NCBI GenBank assembly: GCA_046723845.1
Contig: JBKOVG010000159.1
Location: forward strand, 764-64,763
Source: Candidatus Methylomirabilota bacterium
GTDB taxonomy: Bacteria; Methylomirabilota; Methylomirabilia; Rokubacteriales; CSP1-6
Length of the DNA: 64,000 nucleotides
Direction: 5' to 3'
Below the pieces are notes generated by a model that searched no databases, was not told the DNA's origin, and worked only from the letters and a program-made list of their open reading frames with translations. The position numbers and the translations under genes are program-made. This document shows positions 21,042 to 28,988 of the stretch, in pieces (within the stretch, counting starts at the first letter, position 1; each line of letters begins with the position of its first letter).

Positions 21042-21860
21042 ATGAGCGAGCACGAGATCAAGCAGATCGTCAAGGACAAGTACGGTAAGGTCGCGCTCGA
21101 CGTGGTGGCGGGCGGTCATGCCTGTTGCGGGGGCACATCCGGGTGCGAGGGCGATCCCATCACGTCCAACCTTTACTCGGCGAGCGAGATCGCGTGCGTC
21201 CCCGGCGAGGCCGCGGCCGCCTCGCTCGGCTGCGGGAACCCCACGGCCCTGGCCGAGCTCAAGGCCGGCGAGACGGTGCTCGACCTGGGGTCGGGCGGTG
21301 GCATCGACGTGCTGCTCTCCGCCCAGCGGGTGGGACCGACCGGCAAGGCCTACGGGCTCGACATGACGGACGAGATGCTGGCGCTCGCGCGCGAGAACCA
21401 GCGCACGGCCGGCGTCGGCAACGTGGAGTTCCTCAAGGGCGAGATCGAAGCGATTCCGCTCCCGGACGACTCCGTGGACGTGATCATCTCGAACTGCGTG
21501 ATCAATCTTTCTGCGGACAAGGACCGCGTGCTGAGCGAAGCCTTCCGTGTGCTCAGGCCGGGTGGCCGCTTCGCCGTGTCCGACGTCGTGGTGAGCGGCC
21601 CCGTGCCCCCCGCCATCCGGCGCAGTGTCGAGCTCTGGATCGGGTGTGTGGCCGGCGCCCTCGAGGAGCGGGAGTACCGCGACAAGCTGGCCAAGGCCGG
21701 CTTTGAGGCAATCGACGTCGAGCCCACGCGCGTCTATCGCATGGAAGACGCGCGGGAGTTCCTCGCTGGCGCCGGCATCGACGCCGACGCCGTCGCGCCC
21801 CAGGTGGACGGCAAGTTCATGAGCGCCTTCGTCCGCGCCGTCAAGCCCGGCGCACGGTGA
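21042..21860 (+). CDS. arsM: Arsenite S-adenosylmethionine methyltransferase
   Basis: 272 aa. SAM motif [11 protein letters not shown]. Conserved Cys positions are GHACCGG...[12 protein letters not shown] and WIGCVAGA. Confidence 0.88.
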   Translation: MSEHEIKQIVKDKYGKVALDVVAGGHACCGGTSGCEGDPITSNLYSASEIACVPGEAAAASLGCGNPTALAELKAGETVLDLGSGGGIDVLLSAQRVGPTGKAYGLDMTDEMLALARENQRTAGVGNVEFLKGEIEAIPLPDDSVDVIISNCVINLSADKDRVLSEAFRVLRPGGRFAVSDVVVSGPVPPAIRRSVELWIGCVAGALEEREYRDKLAKAGFEAIDVEPTRVYRMEDAREFLAGAGIDADAVAPQVDGKFMSAFVRAVKPGAR

Positions 21861-22573
21861 GCCGGGCGCACCCTCATCGACCCCAACTCCGGCGTCGGGT
21901 CGTGGCAGAGGCCGTGGGCACGGCGTTGCTGCTGGCCACGGTGATCGGCTCCGGAATCATGGGGGAACGCCTGGCCGGTGGGAACGTGGCGCTGGCGCTG
22001 GTGGCCAACACGCTGGCCACCGGCGCCGCCCTCGCGGCGCTCATTCTCACCTTCGGGCCCATCTCGGGCGCTCACTTCAACCCCGCGGTGACCCTCTCGG
22101 ATGCCTGGCAGGGCGGTATCGGGTGGGCCGACGTTCTGCCCTACGTGGTCGCGCAGGTCCTCGGCGCCTTCGCCGGGACCGCGGTGGCGCACATGATGTT
22201 CGAGCTGCCGCTCTACTCCGCATCCCAGCACGTGCGGACCGGTCCCGCCCAGATGTTCAGCGAGTTTGTGGCAACGTTCGGACTCCTCGCCGTCATCTGG
22301 GGTTGTGTCCGGTCACGCACGTCCACGGTCCCCTTCGCCGTGGCCGCCTACATCACGGCGGCGTACTGGTTCACGGCTTCCACCTCGTTCGCGAACCCGG
22401 CCGTGACCCTGGCCCGCGCCGCGTCGGATACCTTCGCGGGCATCCGGCCCGCCGACGCGCCGGGCTTCATCGTGGCGCAGCTCTGCGGGGCGGCAGCGGC
22501 CACCGGCCTCTTCCGGTGGCTGGTCCCTGCCTTGCCCGAGTCCGCGCCGGACGTGGTGGTCCGCCCACGTTGA
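21857..22573 (+). CDS. MIP-family aquaglyceroporin (AqpS-like arsenite channel)
   Basis: 238 aa with two NPA boxes (SGAHFNPAVT and SFANPAVT). The start overlaps the arsM stop. Confidence 0.88.
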   Translation: MSRAHPHRPQLRRRVVAEAVGTALLLATVIGSGIMGERLAGGNVALALVANTLATGAALAALILTFGPISGAHFNPAVTLSDAWQGGIGWADVLPYVVAQVLGAFAGTAVAHMMFELPLYSASQHVRTGPAQMFSEFVATFGLLAVIWGCVRSRTSTVPFAVAAYITAAYWFTASTSFANPAVTLARAASDTFAGIRPADAPGFIVAQLCGAAAATGLFRWLVPALPESAPDVVVRPR

Positions 22574-22743
22574 GCCTTTTCGCGGCGGGCGAAAGTGGAT
22601 GGCTCCTCGCCATCTGCGCGTCGCGGGTGGGCGCCTACATGGTCTACATCGCGTACGCGGCGACGCTCCCCGTGTTGCAAGCTTCGGTCCTTCATCAGCG
22701 CCGGGGCCCTCACTCTGCTCCCGTGTCCGCACCCGCGCGATGA
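22570..22743 (+). pseudogene. Possible N-terminal remnant of an MFS transporter gene / 57-codon bridging ORF
   Basis: The frame reads (L)SLFAAGESGWLLAICASRVGAYMVYIAYAATLPVLQASVLHQ... Compare the N-terminus of the downstream MFS, VCAQIGAYTWPALLPGF...YAAYTLAVPVL. TTG overlaps the aqp stop and TGA overlaps the arsN ATG. Confidence 0.3.
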
Positions 22744-23255
22744 CGACCGGACCCCGTACGCGGCTGGCCACGGTCGCCGACGCGGCAGCGATCGCGGAGA
22801 TTTATAACGAGGGCATCGCCGATCGCGTGGCCACGTTCGAAACGACGCCTCGCACCGCCGAGCAGCTCAGGACACAGCTCGCCGACAAGGGAGACCGCTT
22901 CCCGACGGTGGTGGTCGAGCGAGACGGGCGGATCGTGGCATGGGCGAGCGCCGTGCCCTATCGCAGTCGGCCCGCATACTCCGGCGTGGCCGAGCACTCC
23001 GTGTACGTGGCGCGCGCCGCCCGCGGCACGGGCGCAGGACGGCAGGCGCTCGAGGCCCTCTGTCACGTCTATGCGGAGCGCGGCTTCTGGAAGATCGTGT
23101 CGCGGATCTTTCCGGAGAACACGGCGAGCCTGGCCCTTCACGAGCGATGCGGCTTCCGCGTGGTCGGCATCTATCACCGTCACGGCAAGCTGGACGGACA
23201 GTGGCGGGACTGCGTGATCGTGGAGCGGCTGATCGACGGGTCACCGGGAGACTGA
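22740..23255 (+). CDS. ArsN1/phosphinothricin-N-acetyltransferase-like GNAT
   Basis: 171 aa. Reads ATVADAAAIAEIYNEGIADRVATFETTPRT...[20 protein letters not shown]...ASLALHERCGFRVVG, the PAT-family pattern, inside an ars cluster. Confidence 0.8.
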   Translation: MTTGPRTRLATVADAAAIAEIYNEGIADRVATFETTPRTAEQLRTQLADKGDRFPTVVVERDGRIVAWASAVPYRSRPAYSGVAEHSVYVARAARGTGAGRQALEALCHVYAERGFWKIVSRIFPENTASLALHERCGFRVVGIYHRHGKLDGQWRDCVIVERLIDGSPGD

Positions 23256-23256
23256 C

Positions 23257-23673
23257 ATGGCCAGATCGCGGGTGCTGTTTCTGTGCACGCACAATTCGGC
23301 GCGCAGCCAGATGGCCGAGGGCTTGCTGCGCTCCATGGCCGGCGACCGCCTCGAAGTGGGCAGCGCGGGAACGGAAAAGACCTCGGTGAATCCGCTGGCG
23401 ATCCGGGTCATGGCCGAGCTGGGCATCGACATCACCGGTCATACCTCGAAGCGGTACGAAGACGTCATGAGCCAGGGATGGGACAGCATCATCACGGTCT
23501 GTGACGATGCCAACGAGCGCTGCCCGGTTGTTCCCGGCTTGGTCAAGCGATTGCACTGGTCGTTCGAGGATCCGTCGCGAGCCTCCGGCGTTGAGGAGCA
23601 GCGTCTCGCGGTGTTCCGTCGCGTGCGCGACCAGATCGAAGCGCGTCTCACGGCATGGCTGAAGAGCCCTTAG
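23257..23673 (+). CDS. arsC: Arsenate reductase, LMW-PTP (thioredoxin-coupled) type
   Basis: 138 aa. The P-loop is LCTHNSARS (CX5R), and the downstream Cys pair is in TVCDDANERCP. Confidence 0.9.
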   Translation: MARSRVLFLCTHNSARSQMAEGLLRSMAGDRLEVGSAGTEKTSVNPLAIRVMAELGIDITGHTSKRYEDVMSQGWDSIITVCDDANERCPVVPGLVKRLHWSFEDPSRASGVEEQRLAVFRRVRDQIEARLTAWLKSP

Positions 23674-23725
23674 TGCGGCCGAGTCCGCCCTGCGCACCCT
23701 GACCCCGGCTCGTCTGGTCACCGGC

Positions 23726-24952
23726 GTGTGCGCGGCGCAGGTGTGCGCCCAGATTGGAGCGTACACGTGGCCGGCACTCCTGCCCGGGTTCATCGCCGAC
23801 TGGCAGCTCAGCAACGGCGAGGCCGGCTGGATCACCGGGGTCTTCTACGCGGCCTACACGCTCGCCGTGCCAGTGCTCGTCACCCTCACGGATCGTGTCG
23901 ATGCCCGCGTCGTCTACCTGTCGGGAGTCGCCCTCACGATCGCGAGCCATCTGGGCTTCGCCGCGCTCGCGGATGGCTTCTGGAGCGCGCTGGTGGCGCG
24001 CACGCTGGCCGGGGTGGGGTGGGCGGGCACGTACATGACGGGATTGAAGCTCCTGGCCGATCGAGTGGATCCCGTCCTCATGTCGCGCGCGGTCGCCGGC
24101 CATGCCGCGAGCATCGGCATCGCCGGCGCGCTCTCCTTTGCGTTCGCCGGCACGCTGAACCGCTGGTACGGCTGGCGGGGAGCATTCGTGGGTGCGGGGC
24201 TGGCCGCGCTGGTCGCCTGGATCGTCGTGTTCTGGTGGGCGCCCTCGCGCGAGCGACGCCCGTCCCCGACCTCGCCGGCAGCGCTCTTCGACTTCCGCCC
24301 CGTGCTCCGCAATCGCTCCGCGATGGCATACGCCCTGGCCTACTCGGCCCACACGTGGGAAATGAACGCATTGCGAGGCTGGGCCGTGACCTTTCTGACG
24401 TACGTGGCCGCGGCGAGCAGCGAACAGAACCCTTGGATGGCGCCCACCCTCGTGGTCACGACCATGGGCCTCGTCGGCACCGGGGCGAGCGTGGCGGGGA
24501 ACGAAGCGTCGATCAAGCTGGGCCGCCAGCGCCTGGTCCGGCTGGTCATGCTGTCGTGCGCGATGTGCGCCGCCGGCATCGGGTTCCTGGGGCCCCGATC
24601 GTACCCGCTCGCGGCCGCCCTGGTCCTCGGCTACGGGCTCCTCATCTGGCTCGACTCCTCGTCTCTCACTGCAGGGGCGGCGGGCAGCGCCGATCCGTCA
24701 CGCCGGGGAGCCACGCTGGCCGTCCACTCGATGGCCGGCTACGCGGGCGGCTTCGTCGGACCGATCATGATCGGCTGGATTCTCGACCGCGCTGGCGGCA
24801 TGTCGCCTCTTGGCTGGGGACTGGCATTCCTGCACCTTGGCATTGTCGTCCTCGCCGGCCGGTTCGCATTCGTATGGCTTGCTCCGCGCGACCTGGCTGG
24901 CGATAGGGCCGAGCGGAGGCTATGGCGAGCGACCAACGGAGGCCGCCCATGA
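23726..24952 (+). CDS. MFS transporter embedded in the ars cluster (substrate unknown)
   Basis: 408 aa and 12-TM-like. The first canonical start is GTG 23726, but the frame is open and hydrophobic back to 23672 with only CTG codons, so the true start is uncertain. Confidence 0.75.
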   Translation: MCAAQVCAQIGAYTWPALLPGFIADWQLSNGEAGWITGVFYAAYTLAVPVLVTLTDRVDARVVYLSGVALTIASHLGFAALADGFWSALVARTLAGVGWAGTYMTGLKLLADRVDPVLMSRAVAGHAASIGIAGALSFAFAGTLNRWYGWRGAFVGAGLAALVAWIVVFWWAPSRERRPSPTSPAALFDFRPVLRNRSAMAYALAYSAHTWEMNALRGWAVTFLTYVAAASSEQNPWMAPTLVVTTMGLVGTGASVAGNEASIKLGRQRLVRLVMLSCAMCAAGIGFLGPRSYPLAAALVLGYGLLIWLDSSSLTAGAAGSADPSRRGATLAVHSMAGYAGGFVGPIMIGWILDRAGGMSPLGWGLAFLHLGIVVLAGRFAFVWLAPRDLAGDRAERRLWRATNGGRP

Positions 24953-25410
24953 TGCTCGTGACCATCGCCGCCGAACGTCCTGACACGCCCGACGCGACCA
25001 CGCTCATCAACGAGCTGCAGACGCACCTCGAATCGTTCTACCCGCCCGAGAGCCGCCACGGGTTCAGCGTGGACAAGCTGATCGCTCAAGGCGTTGGGTT
25101 CTTCGTCCTGCGTGTCGACGGCCAGGCGGCGGGGTGCGGCGGCATCATGCTCGTCGGAAACGAATACGGCGAGATCAAGCGCATGTACGTGCGGCCCGAG
25201 TTCCGCGGTCGCCAGTACGGCAAGCGACTCATCGACCACCTCGCGGCCCACGCGCGCAGCCACGGCGTCACGCTCCTGCGGCTCGAGACAGGCATCCACC
25301 AGCAGGCGGCCATTCGGCTGTACGAGCAATACGGCTTCCGGCGGATTCCACCCTTCGGCCCGTATTTCGACGATCCACTCAGTCGCTGCTACGAGTTGTC
25401 GCTGGCGTAG
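24949..25410 (+). CDS. GNAT-family N-acetyltransferase
   Basis: 153 aa from ATG 24949, in ATGA overlap with the MFS stop. Motif A is VRPEFRGRQYGKRLIDHL, followed by RLYEQYGFRRI. Confidence 0.8.
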   Translation: MMLVTIAAERPDTPDATTLINELQTHLESFYPPESRHGFSVDKLIAQGVGFFVLRVDGQAAGCGGIMLVGNEYGEIKRMYVRPEFRGRQYGKRLIDHLAAHARSHGVTLLRLETGIHQQAAIRLYEQYGFRRIPPFGPYFDDPLSRCYELSLA

Positions 25411-25459
25411 CTGGCTCGGGCGGCGCCCGCTCGCATAGACCTCTCGAAGCTCGACCGCG

Positions 25460-26659
25460 TCACCGTGGGGCGGGACGTCGACAGCGCGTGAGCTGGCGCT
25501 CGAGGAAGCGGCGCTCCGGCGCCGAGGTCGGGCGGGTCAACGCCTCCTCGTAGTACCGCGCGGCGCGCTCGGCGTCTCCCGCCTCGAGCCACAGGCGGCC
25601 GAGGGCCGCGGGCAGGAGATAGTAGCGGGCGAGCGCGGGATCGGCCTCGATGCGCTCGAGCGCGGCGATGCCGGCGGCAGGCCCCGTCGCCTTCGCCAGC
25701 GCGATCGCCCGGTTGAGCTCGACCACGGGCGACGGCTTGAGCTCCAGCAGGTCGTCGTAGTGCCGCACGATGCCGGGCCAGTCCGTGGAAGCCTCGTCGG
25801 AGGCTACTGCATGCGTGGCCGCGATGGCCGCCTCCACGTGATACCCGGTGATGCGATCGCCCGAAGCGGCACGCTCCAGATGGCGGAGCCCGCGCCCGAT
25901 CAAGGCCTGGTCCCAGGCGCGGCGGTCCTGCTCGGCGAGGAGGAGCAGGTCTCCCGTCTCGTCCACCCGCGCGGGGAGGCGGCTCGCCTGCAGCAGCATG
26001 AGCGCGAGCAACGCGTGCACGGCGGGCAGGTCGGTGACCGGATTGCCGCCGAGGATCTCCGCGAGCCGGATGGCCTCGCCGCAGAGCTCCGTCCGCGTCA
26101 GGTTCGGGCCGCCGTGCGCGCCGTAGCCCTCGTTGAAGAGCAGGTAGAGCACGTCGAGCACGCTGTCGAGCCGTGCGCCGATCTCGGCTTCGGGCGGAAT
26201 CTTGATGGAGATGTTCTGCTCGCGGATCTGCCGCTTGGCGCGAACCAGGCGCTGGGCGATGGCCTCGGGCTCCGCGAGGAACGCCGCCGCGATCTCCTCC
26301 ACGCTGAAGCCGCCCACCGTCTTGAGGGTGAGGGCCACCCGCGCGGGCGCGGGCAGGGAGGGATGACAGCACATGAACATCATGGCGAGCTCGTCGTCGC
26401 CCAGCGCCTTCGCGGGCTCGGACATCGGCGCGGACTCGGCCTCCGCGCGCACGCCATCAAGCTTGCTCCGGAGGGACGCATCGCGCCGCAGCAGATCGAC
26501 GGCGCGGTTCCGCGCCACCTGGAAGAGCCACCCGCGCGGCTCGGCCGGCACGCCGCTGAAAGGCCAGGTGGAGAGCGCCCGCACGAGGGCGTCCTGCACC
26601 GCCTCCTCGGCGAGATCGAGCCGCGCCGATCCGAGCCAGCGCGCCAGTCGCGACACCAT
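25460..26659 (-). CDS. ECF-type RNA polymerase sigma factor with long C-terminal TPR-like domain (YCII-associated type)
   Basis: Region 2 (DLAEEAVQDALVRAL...RGWLFQVARNRAVDLLRR) and region 4 (VALTLKTVGGFSVEEIAAAFLAEPEAIAQRLVRAKRQI) are followed by a ~230-aa helical domain. The conserved-looking N-terminal segment (VGELVEHLFRHSAGQ) lies upstream of ATG 26659 with no canonical start (see findings). Confidence 0.8.
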   Translation of the reverse strand: MVSRLARWLGSARLDLAEEAVQDALVRALSTWPFSGVPAEPRGWLFQVARNRAVDLLRRDASLRSKLDGVRAEAESAPMSEPAKALGDDELAMMFMCCHPSLPAPARVALTLKTVGGFSVEEIAAAFLAEPEAIAQRLVRAKRQIREQNISIKIPPEAEIGARLDSVLDVLYLLFNEGYGAHGGPNLTRTELCGEAIRLAEILGGNPVTDLPAVHALLALMLLQASRLPARVDETGDLLLLAEQDRRAWDQALIGRGLRHLERAASGDRITGYHVEAAIAATHAVASDEASTDWPGIVRHYDDLLELKPSPVVELNRAIALAKATGPAAGIAALERIEADPALARYYLLPAALGRLWLEAGDAERAARYYEEALTRPTSAPERRFLERQLTRCRRPAPR

Positions 26660-26703
26660 CTGCCCCGCGCTGTGCCGGAACAGATGCTCGACGAGCTCGC
26701 CGA

Positions 26704-26727
26704 CCTCGGGTCGGTCCTCGGGTCGGT
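26704..26727. repeat. Perfect 2 x 12-bp tandem duplication
   Basis: CCTCGGGTCGGT CCTCGGGTCGGT on the + strand. It is in frame with the sigma reading frame (DRPE-DRPE) and abuts the YCII stop codon. Confidence 0.9.
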
Positions 26728-27086
26728 CAGCCGAGATGGCTCAGGTCCTCGATCTCGCGGACCTCCAGGACGCCGGGACCATCGAGATGAGGGTGGTTCG
26801 CGAGCAGCTCGAGCATCTCGTCGTAGCTCTTGGCCTCGACGAGCCAGAAGCCTCCCACGACCTCCTTCGACTCGACGAAGGGCCCATCCGTCACCATCAT
26901 CTTTCCGCCCTGGCCGCGCAGGACGCGCCCTTCCCCGGCACGCAGCTTCTCCGAATGGAGGATGCGGCCGGCTTGTCGGAGGTTCGCGTTCCAGCTCATG
27001 TACTTCTGGATCACCTTCTGGACTTCCTGCGGGCTCAGCGTGCTCGGTATCCCCGCGCCACGAGCAATGACCAGATATTTCGCCAT
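26727..27086 (-). CDS. YCII-related (DGPF) domain protein
   Basis: 119 aa. Reads MAKYLVIARG...MVTDGPFVESKEVVGGFWLVEAKSYDEMLELL. AAGGAGG Shine-Dalgarno lies upstream. Confidence 0.85.
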   Translation of the reverse strand: MAKYLVIARGAGIPSTLSPQEVQKVIQKYMSWNANLRQAGRILHSEKLRAGEGRVLRGQGGKMMVTDGPFVESKEVVGGFWLVEAKSYDEMLELLANHPHLDGPGVLEVREIEDLSHLG

Positions 27087-27192
27087 GGTTGGCCTCCTTT
27101 TCGTCTCAAAGACGAACGGGGGCGTGGAGAATCGACAGGCCGGTGTGCCTACGAGCGCGTCTCCTGCCCCTGGAAAGCGGACTTCGGATGCG

Positions 27193-28032
27193 CTACGCGA
27201 GCTCGGGCCAGACCACCATGCCCGTCCCGGAGCGCCAGGCCAGGGCGGGCATATAGGCGAGCACCTCGGCCGGGCCCCTCGTGAATGCCATGGCGAGCAC
27301 CCACGCGATCAGCTCCGCGGTGCCGCCCGAGCCCGCCTCCTCCATGCGCTCGAGCGTGCACTCGCGCAGGAGGGCCTGGTGATCGCCCTTCTTGAGGAGA
27401 TCCAGGAACCAGAGATCGAACTCCTCGTCCACCCAGAAGTAGCGCGGCCCGCCCGGCTCGTGGGAGAGGCCGCCCGTGGCGAGGATGGCGATGCGCTCCT
27501 GGCCCGGATAGGCCTTGAGCATCTCCCGCAGCGTCGTGCCGACCTGATAGGCGCGCTCGGGGGTAGGAATGGGCGGCACCGTGCAGTTCATGGTCACGGG
27601 CACGAGGGGAATCGAGCCGGCGGGATTGAGATAGTGCATGGGCACGGACACGCCGTCGTCGAACTGCATCCGGCGCAGGTAGGCGAAGGCGATGCGCCGG
27701 CGCGCTCCCTCGTCGACGATGTAGCGCGCGAGGGCGGGGTGGCCGGGAATGCGGTATTGCTTCATGTCCAGCCACTCGTCGTACCACTCGGCGGGGCCCA
27801 CGTGCTCGGCGGCGATCCCCACGGTGTACTCCGGCGTGTTGTTGATGGGCCAGTTGAGCAGATGGTCGTTGCTGAACACCACGACGACGTCGGGGCGAGC
27901 TCGGGCGAGGCGCTCCCGCATCTCGCCCATGGCGCGCAGGGCCTGCTCTTGGTAGTCCTTCGGGGCGCGGTCGAACCAGCCCGTGAGCCCCGGGGAGTGC
28001 GTCATGGCCATGGCGGCGACGATCTGGACCAT
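27193..28032 (-). CDS. Class III extradiol ring-cleavage dioxygenase, LigB-type catalytic subunit
   Basis: 279 aa. Reads MAMTHSPG...VVVFSNDHLLNW...ATGGLSHEPGGPRY, a protocatechuate-4,5 / gallate dioxygenase beta-subunit-like pattern. Confidence 0.8.
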   Translation of the reverse strand: MVQIVAAMAMTHSPGLTGWFDRAPKDYQEQALRAMGEMRERLARARPDVVVVFSNDHLLNWPINNTPEYTVGIAAEHVGPAEWYDEWLDMKQYRIPGHPALARYIVDEGARRRIAFAYLRRMQFDDGVSVPMHYLNPAGSIPLVPVTMNCTVPPIPTPERAYQVGTTLREMLKAYPGQERIAILATGGLSHEPGGPRYFWVDEEFDLWFLDLLKKGDHQALLRECTLERMEEAGSGGTAELIAWVLAMAFTRGPAEVLAYMPALAWRSGTGMVVWPELA

Positions 28033-28035
28033 GGC

Positions 28036-28383
28036 TCAGCGCCCCCGCTTCTCGAGCTGGTCCTGGAGCCGCTCAGAGCGGGCCGCCTCTTCCGGATAGG
28101 CGCGCTTGTAAGCCTCCAGCGCGGGGTGGCTGTTCGAGTTGGCGGCCGCGCCGTAGAAGAGGCGGAGGATCTGCGGCACATAGTACTGGTGCACGCCCAG
28201 GTCGTGGAGGCGCCGCACGTCCTTGGTGCGAAGGGCGTCGAACTCCTCTGCGCTCAGTCCGAACTCGCGCGCGATGCCCTCGAGGTCGGTGAGCCAGCGC
28301 GCGCGCAGCCCGGCATCGCGCCGCACGTGGTACATCATCTCGTTCAGGGGCAGGGTCTTGATGCAGCGATCGACGTTACCCAT
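28036..28383 (-). CDS. LigA-type small subunit of aromatic ring-opening dioxygenase
   Basis: 115 aa. Reads LNEMMYHVRRDAGLRARWLTDLEGIAREFGLSAEEFDALRTKDVRRLHDLGVHQYY, directly upstream of the LigB-type gene. Confidence 0.7.
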   Translation of the reverse strand: MGNVDRCIKTLPLNEMMYHVRRDAGLRARWLTDLEGIAREFGLSAEEFDALRTKDVRRLHDLGVHQYYVPQILRLFYGAAANSNSHPALEAYKRAYPEEAARSERLQDQLEKRGR

Positions 28384-28753
28384 CGCTCGCCCCCTTCAGG
28401 ATCTTGGGATTGACCTTGAGGAACATGATCACGCAGCGGGTCGACCCGAGGTTGCGTACGTCGTGGAGCACGGCATTGGGAAACTTTACGATCGATCCCG
28501 CGGGCACCACCACTTCCTCGCCGCCGATGTTCATATTGGCGGTGCCCTCGAGGACGTAAATGGCCTCTTCCTCCTTCGGGTGCTGGTGCATCACCGTCGA
28601 CTGGCCGGGCTCGTAGCAGGCGATCTCCGACCAGAGCTGATCGGACTTGAAGAGCATCTTGCGCACGCGCTTGTCGGGCGCAAAGTCCTTGAGGGCGTGG
28701 AGATCGAAGAGCTCCGCGACCCCCTTCACCGTGGCCACCGCTGTCTCGTCCAT
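28376..28753 (-). CDS. Cupin-2 domain protein
   Basis: 125 aa from ATG 28753 with AAGGAGG Shine-Dalgarno. Cupin motifs are GQSTVMHQHPKEEEAIYVLEG...VVPAGSIVKFPNAVLHDVRN. There is an 8-nt overlap with the LigA-type gene. Confidence 0.8.
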   Translation of the reverse strand: MDETAVATVKGVAELFDLHALKDFAPDKRVRKMLFKSDQLWSEIACYEPGQSTVMHQHPKEEEAIYVLEGTANMNIGGEEVVVPAGSIVKFPNAVLHDVRNLGSTRCVIMFLKVNPKILKGASDG

Positions 28754-28892
28754 GAGCTGGCCTCCTTGCCTCGGGCCCGCATCATAGCCCCATCGCGCCC
28801 CTCGGGCCACCCGCAGACGGCCGAGAAGGGTCCAGATGCGAGGCGGCGCCCGACGGCAGCCGGCGAGGCGTAGTCTGTCTACGCTAGCCGGC

Positions 28893-28981
28893 GGCCGAGG
28901 GCGGCCGCCGTTCGAGTTGAGCGGCGGCCCTGGCCGACGCGAGACGAGAGCTGAGTCGAAGCAGATGGGCCCTGCTCGGCC
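28893..28981 (+). repeat. Structured intergenic repeat, copy B
   Basis: Reads GGCCGAG-GGCGGCCGCCGTTCGAGTTGAGCGGCGGCCC-T-GGCCGACGCGAGACGAG-...-CTCGGCC. The inner hairpin is GGCCGCCG/CGGCGGCC and the outer helix is GGCCGAG (28893-28899) / CTCGGCC (28975-28981). A wider GCTAG/CTAGC pair (28883-28887 / 28989-28993) includes the permease stop codon. Confidence 0.6.
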
Positions 28982-28988
28982 GTCTGCC

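Noticed and set aside
26704-26727. Short tandem repeat, considered as a possible CRISPR or VNTR array.
   Set aside because: There are only two 12-bp units with no spacers. It is recorded as a simple duplication. No CRISPR-like arrays occur anywhere in the window.
28904-28930. tRNA T-arm-like string GTTCGAGTT inside the repeat family, which might indicate a tRNA fragment or integration att site.
   Set aside because: The flanking stems do not form a 5-bp T-stem with a 7-nt loop. There is no acceptor or anticodon arm and no integrase nearby.
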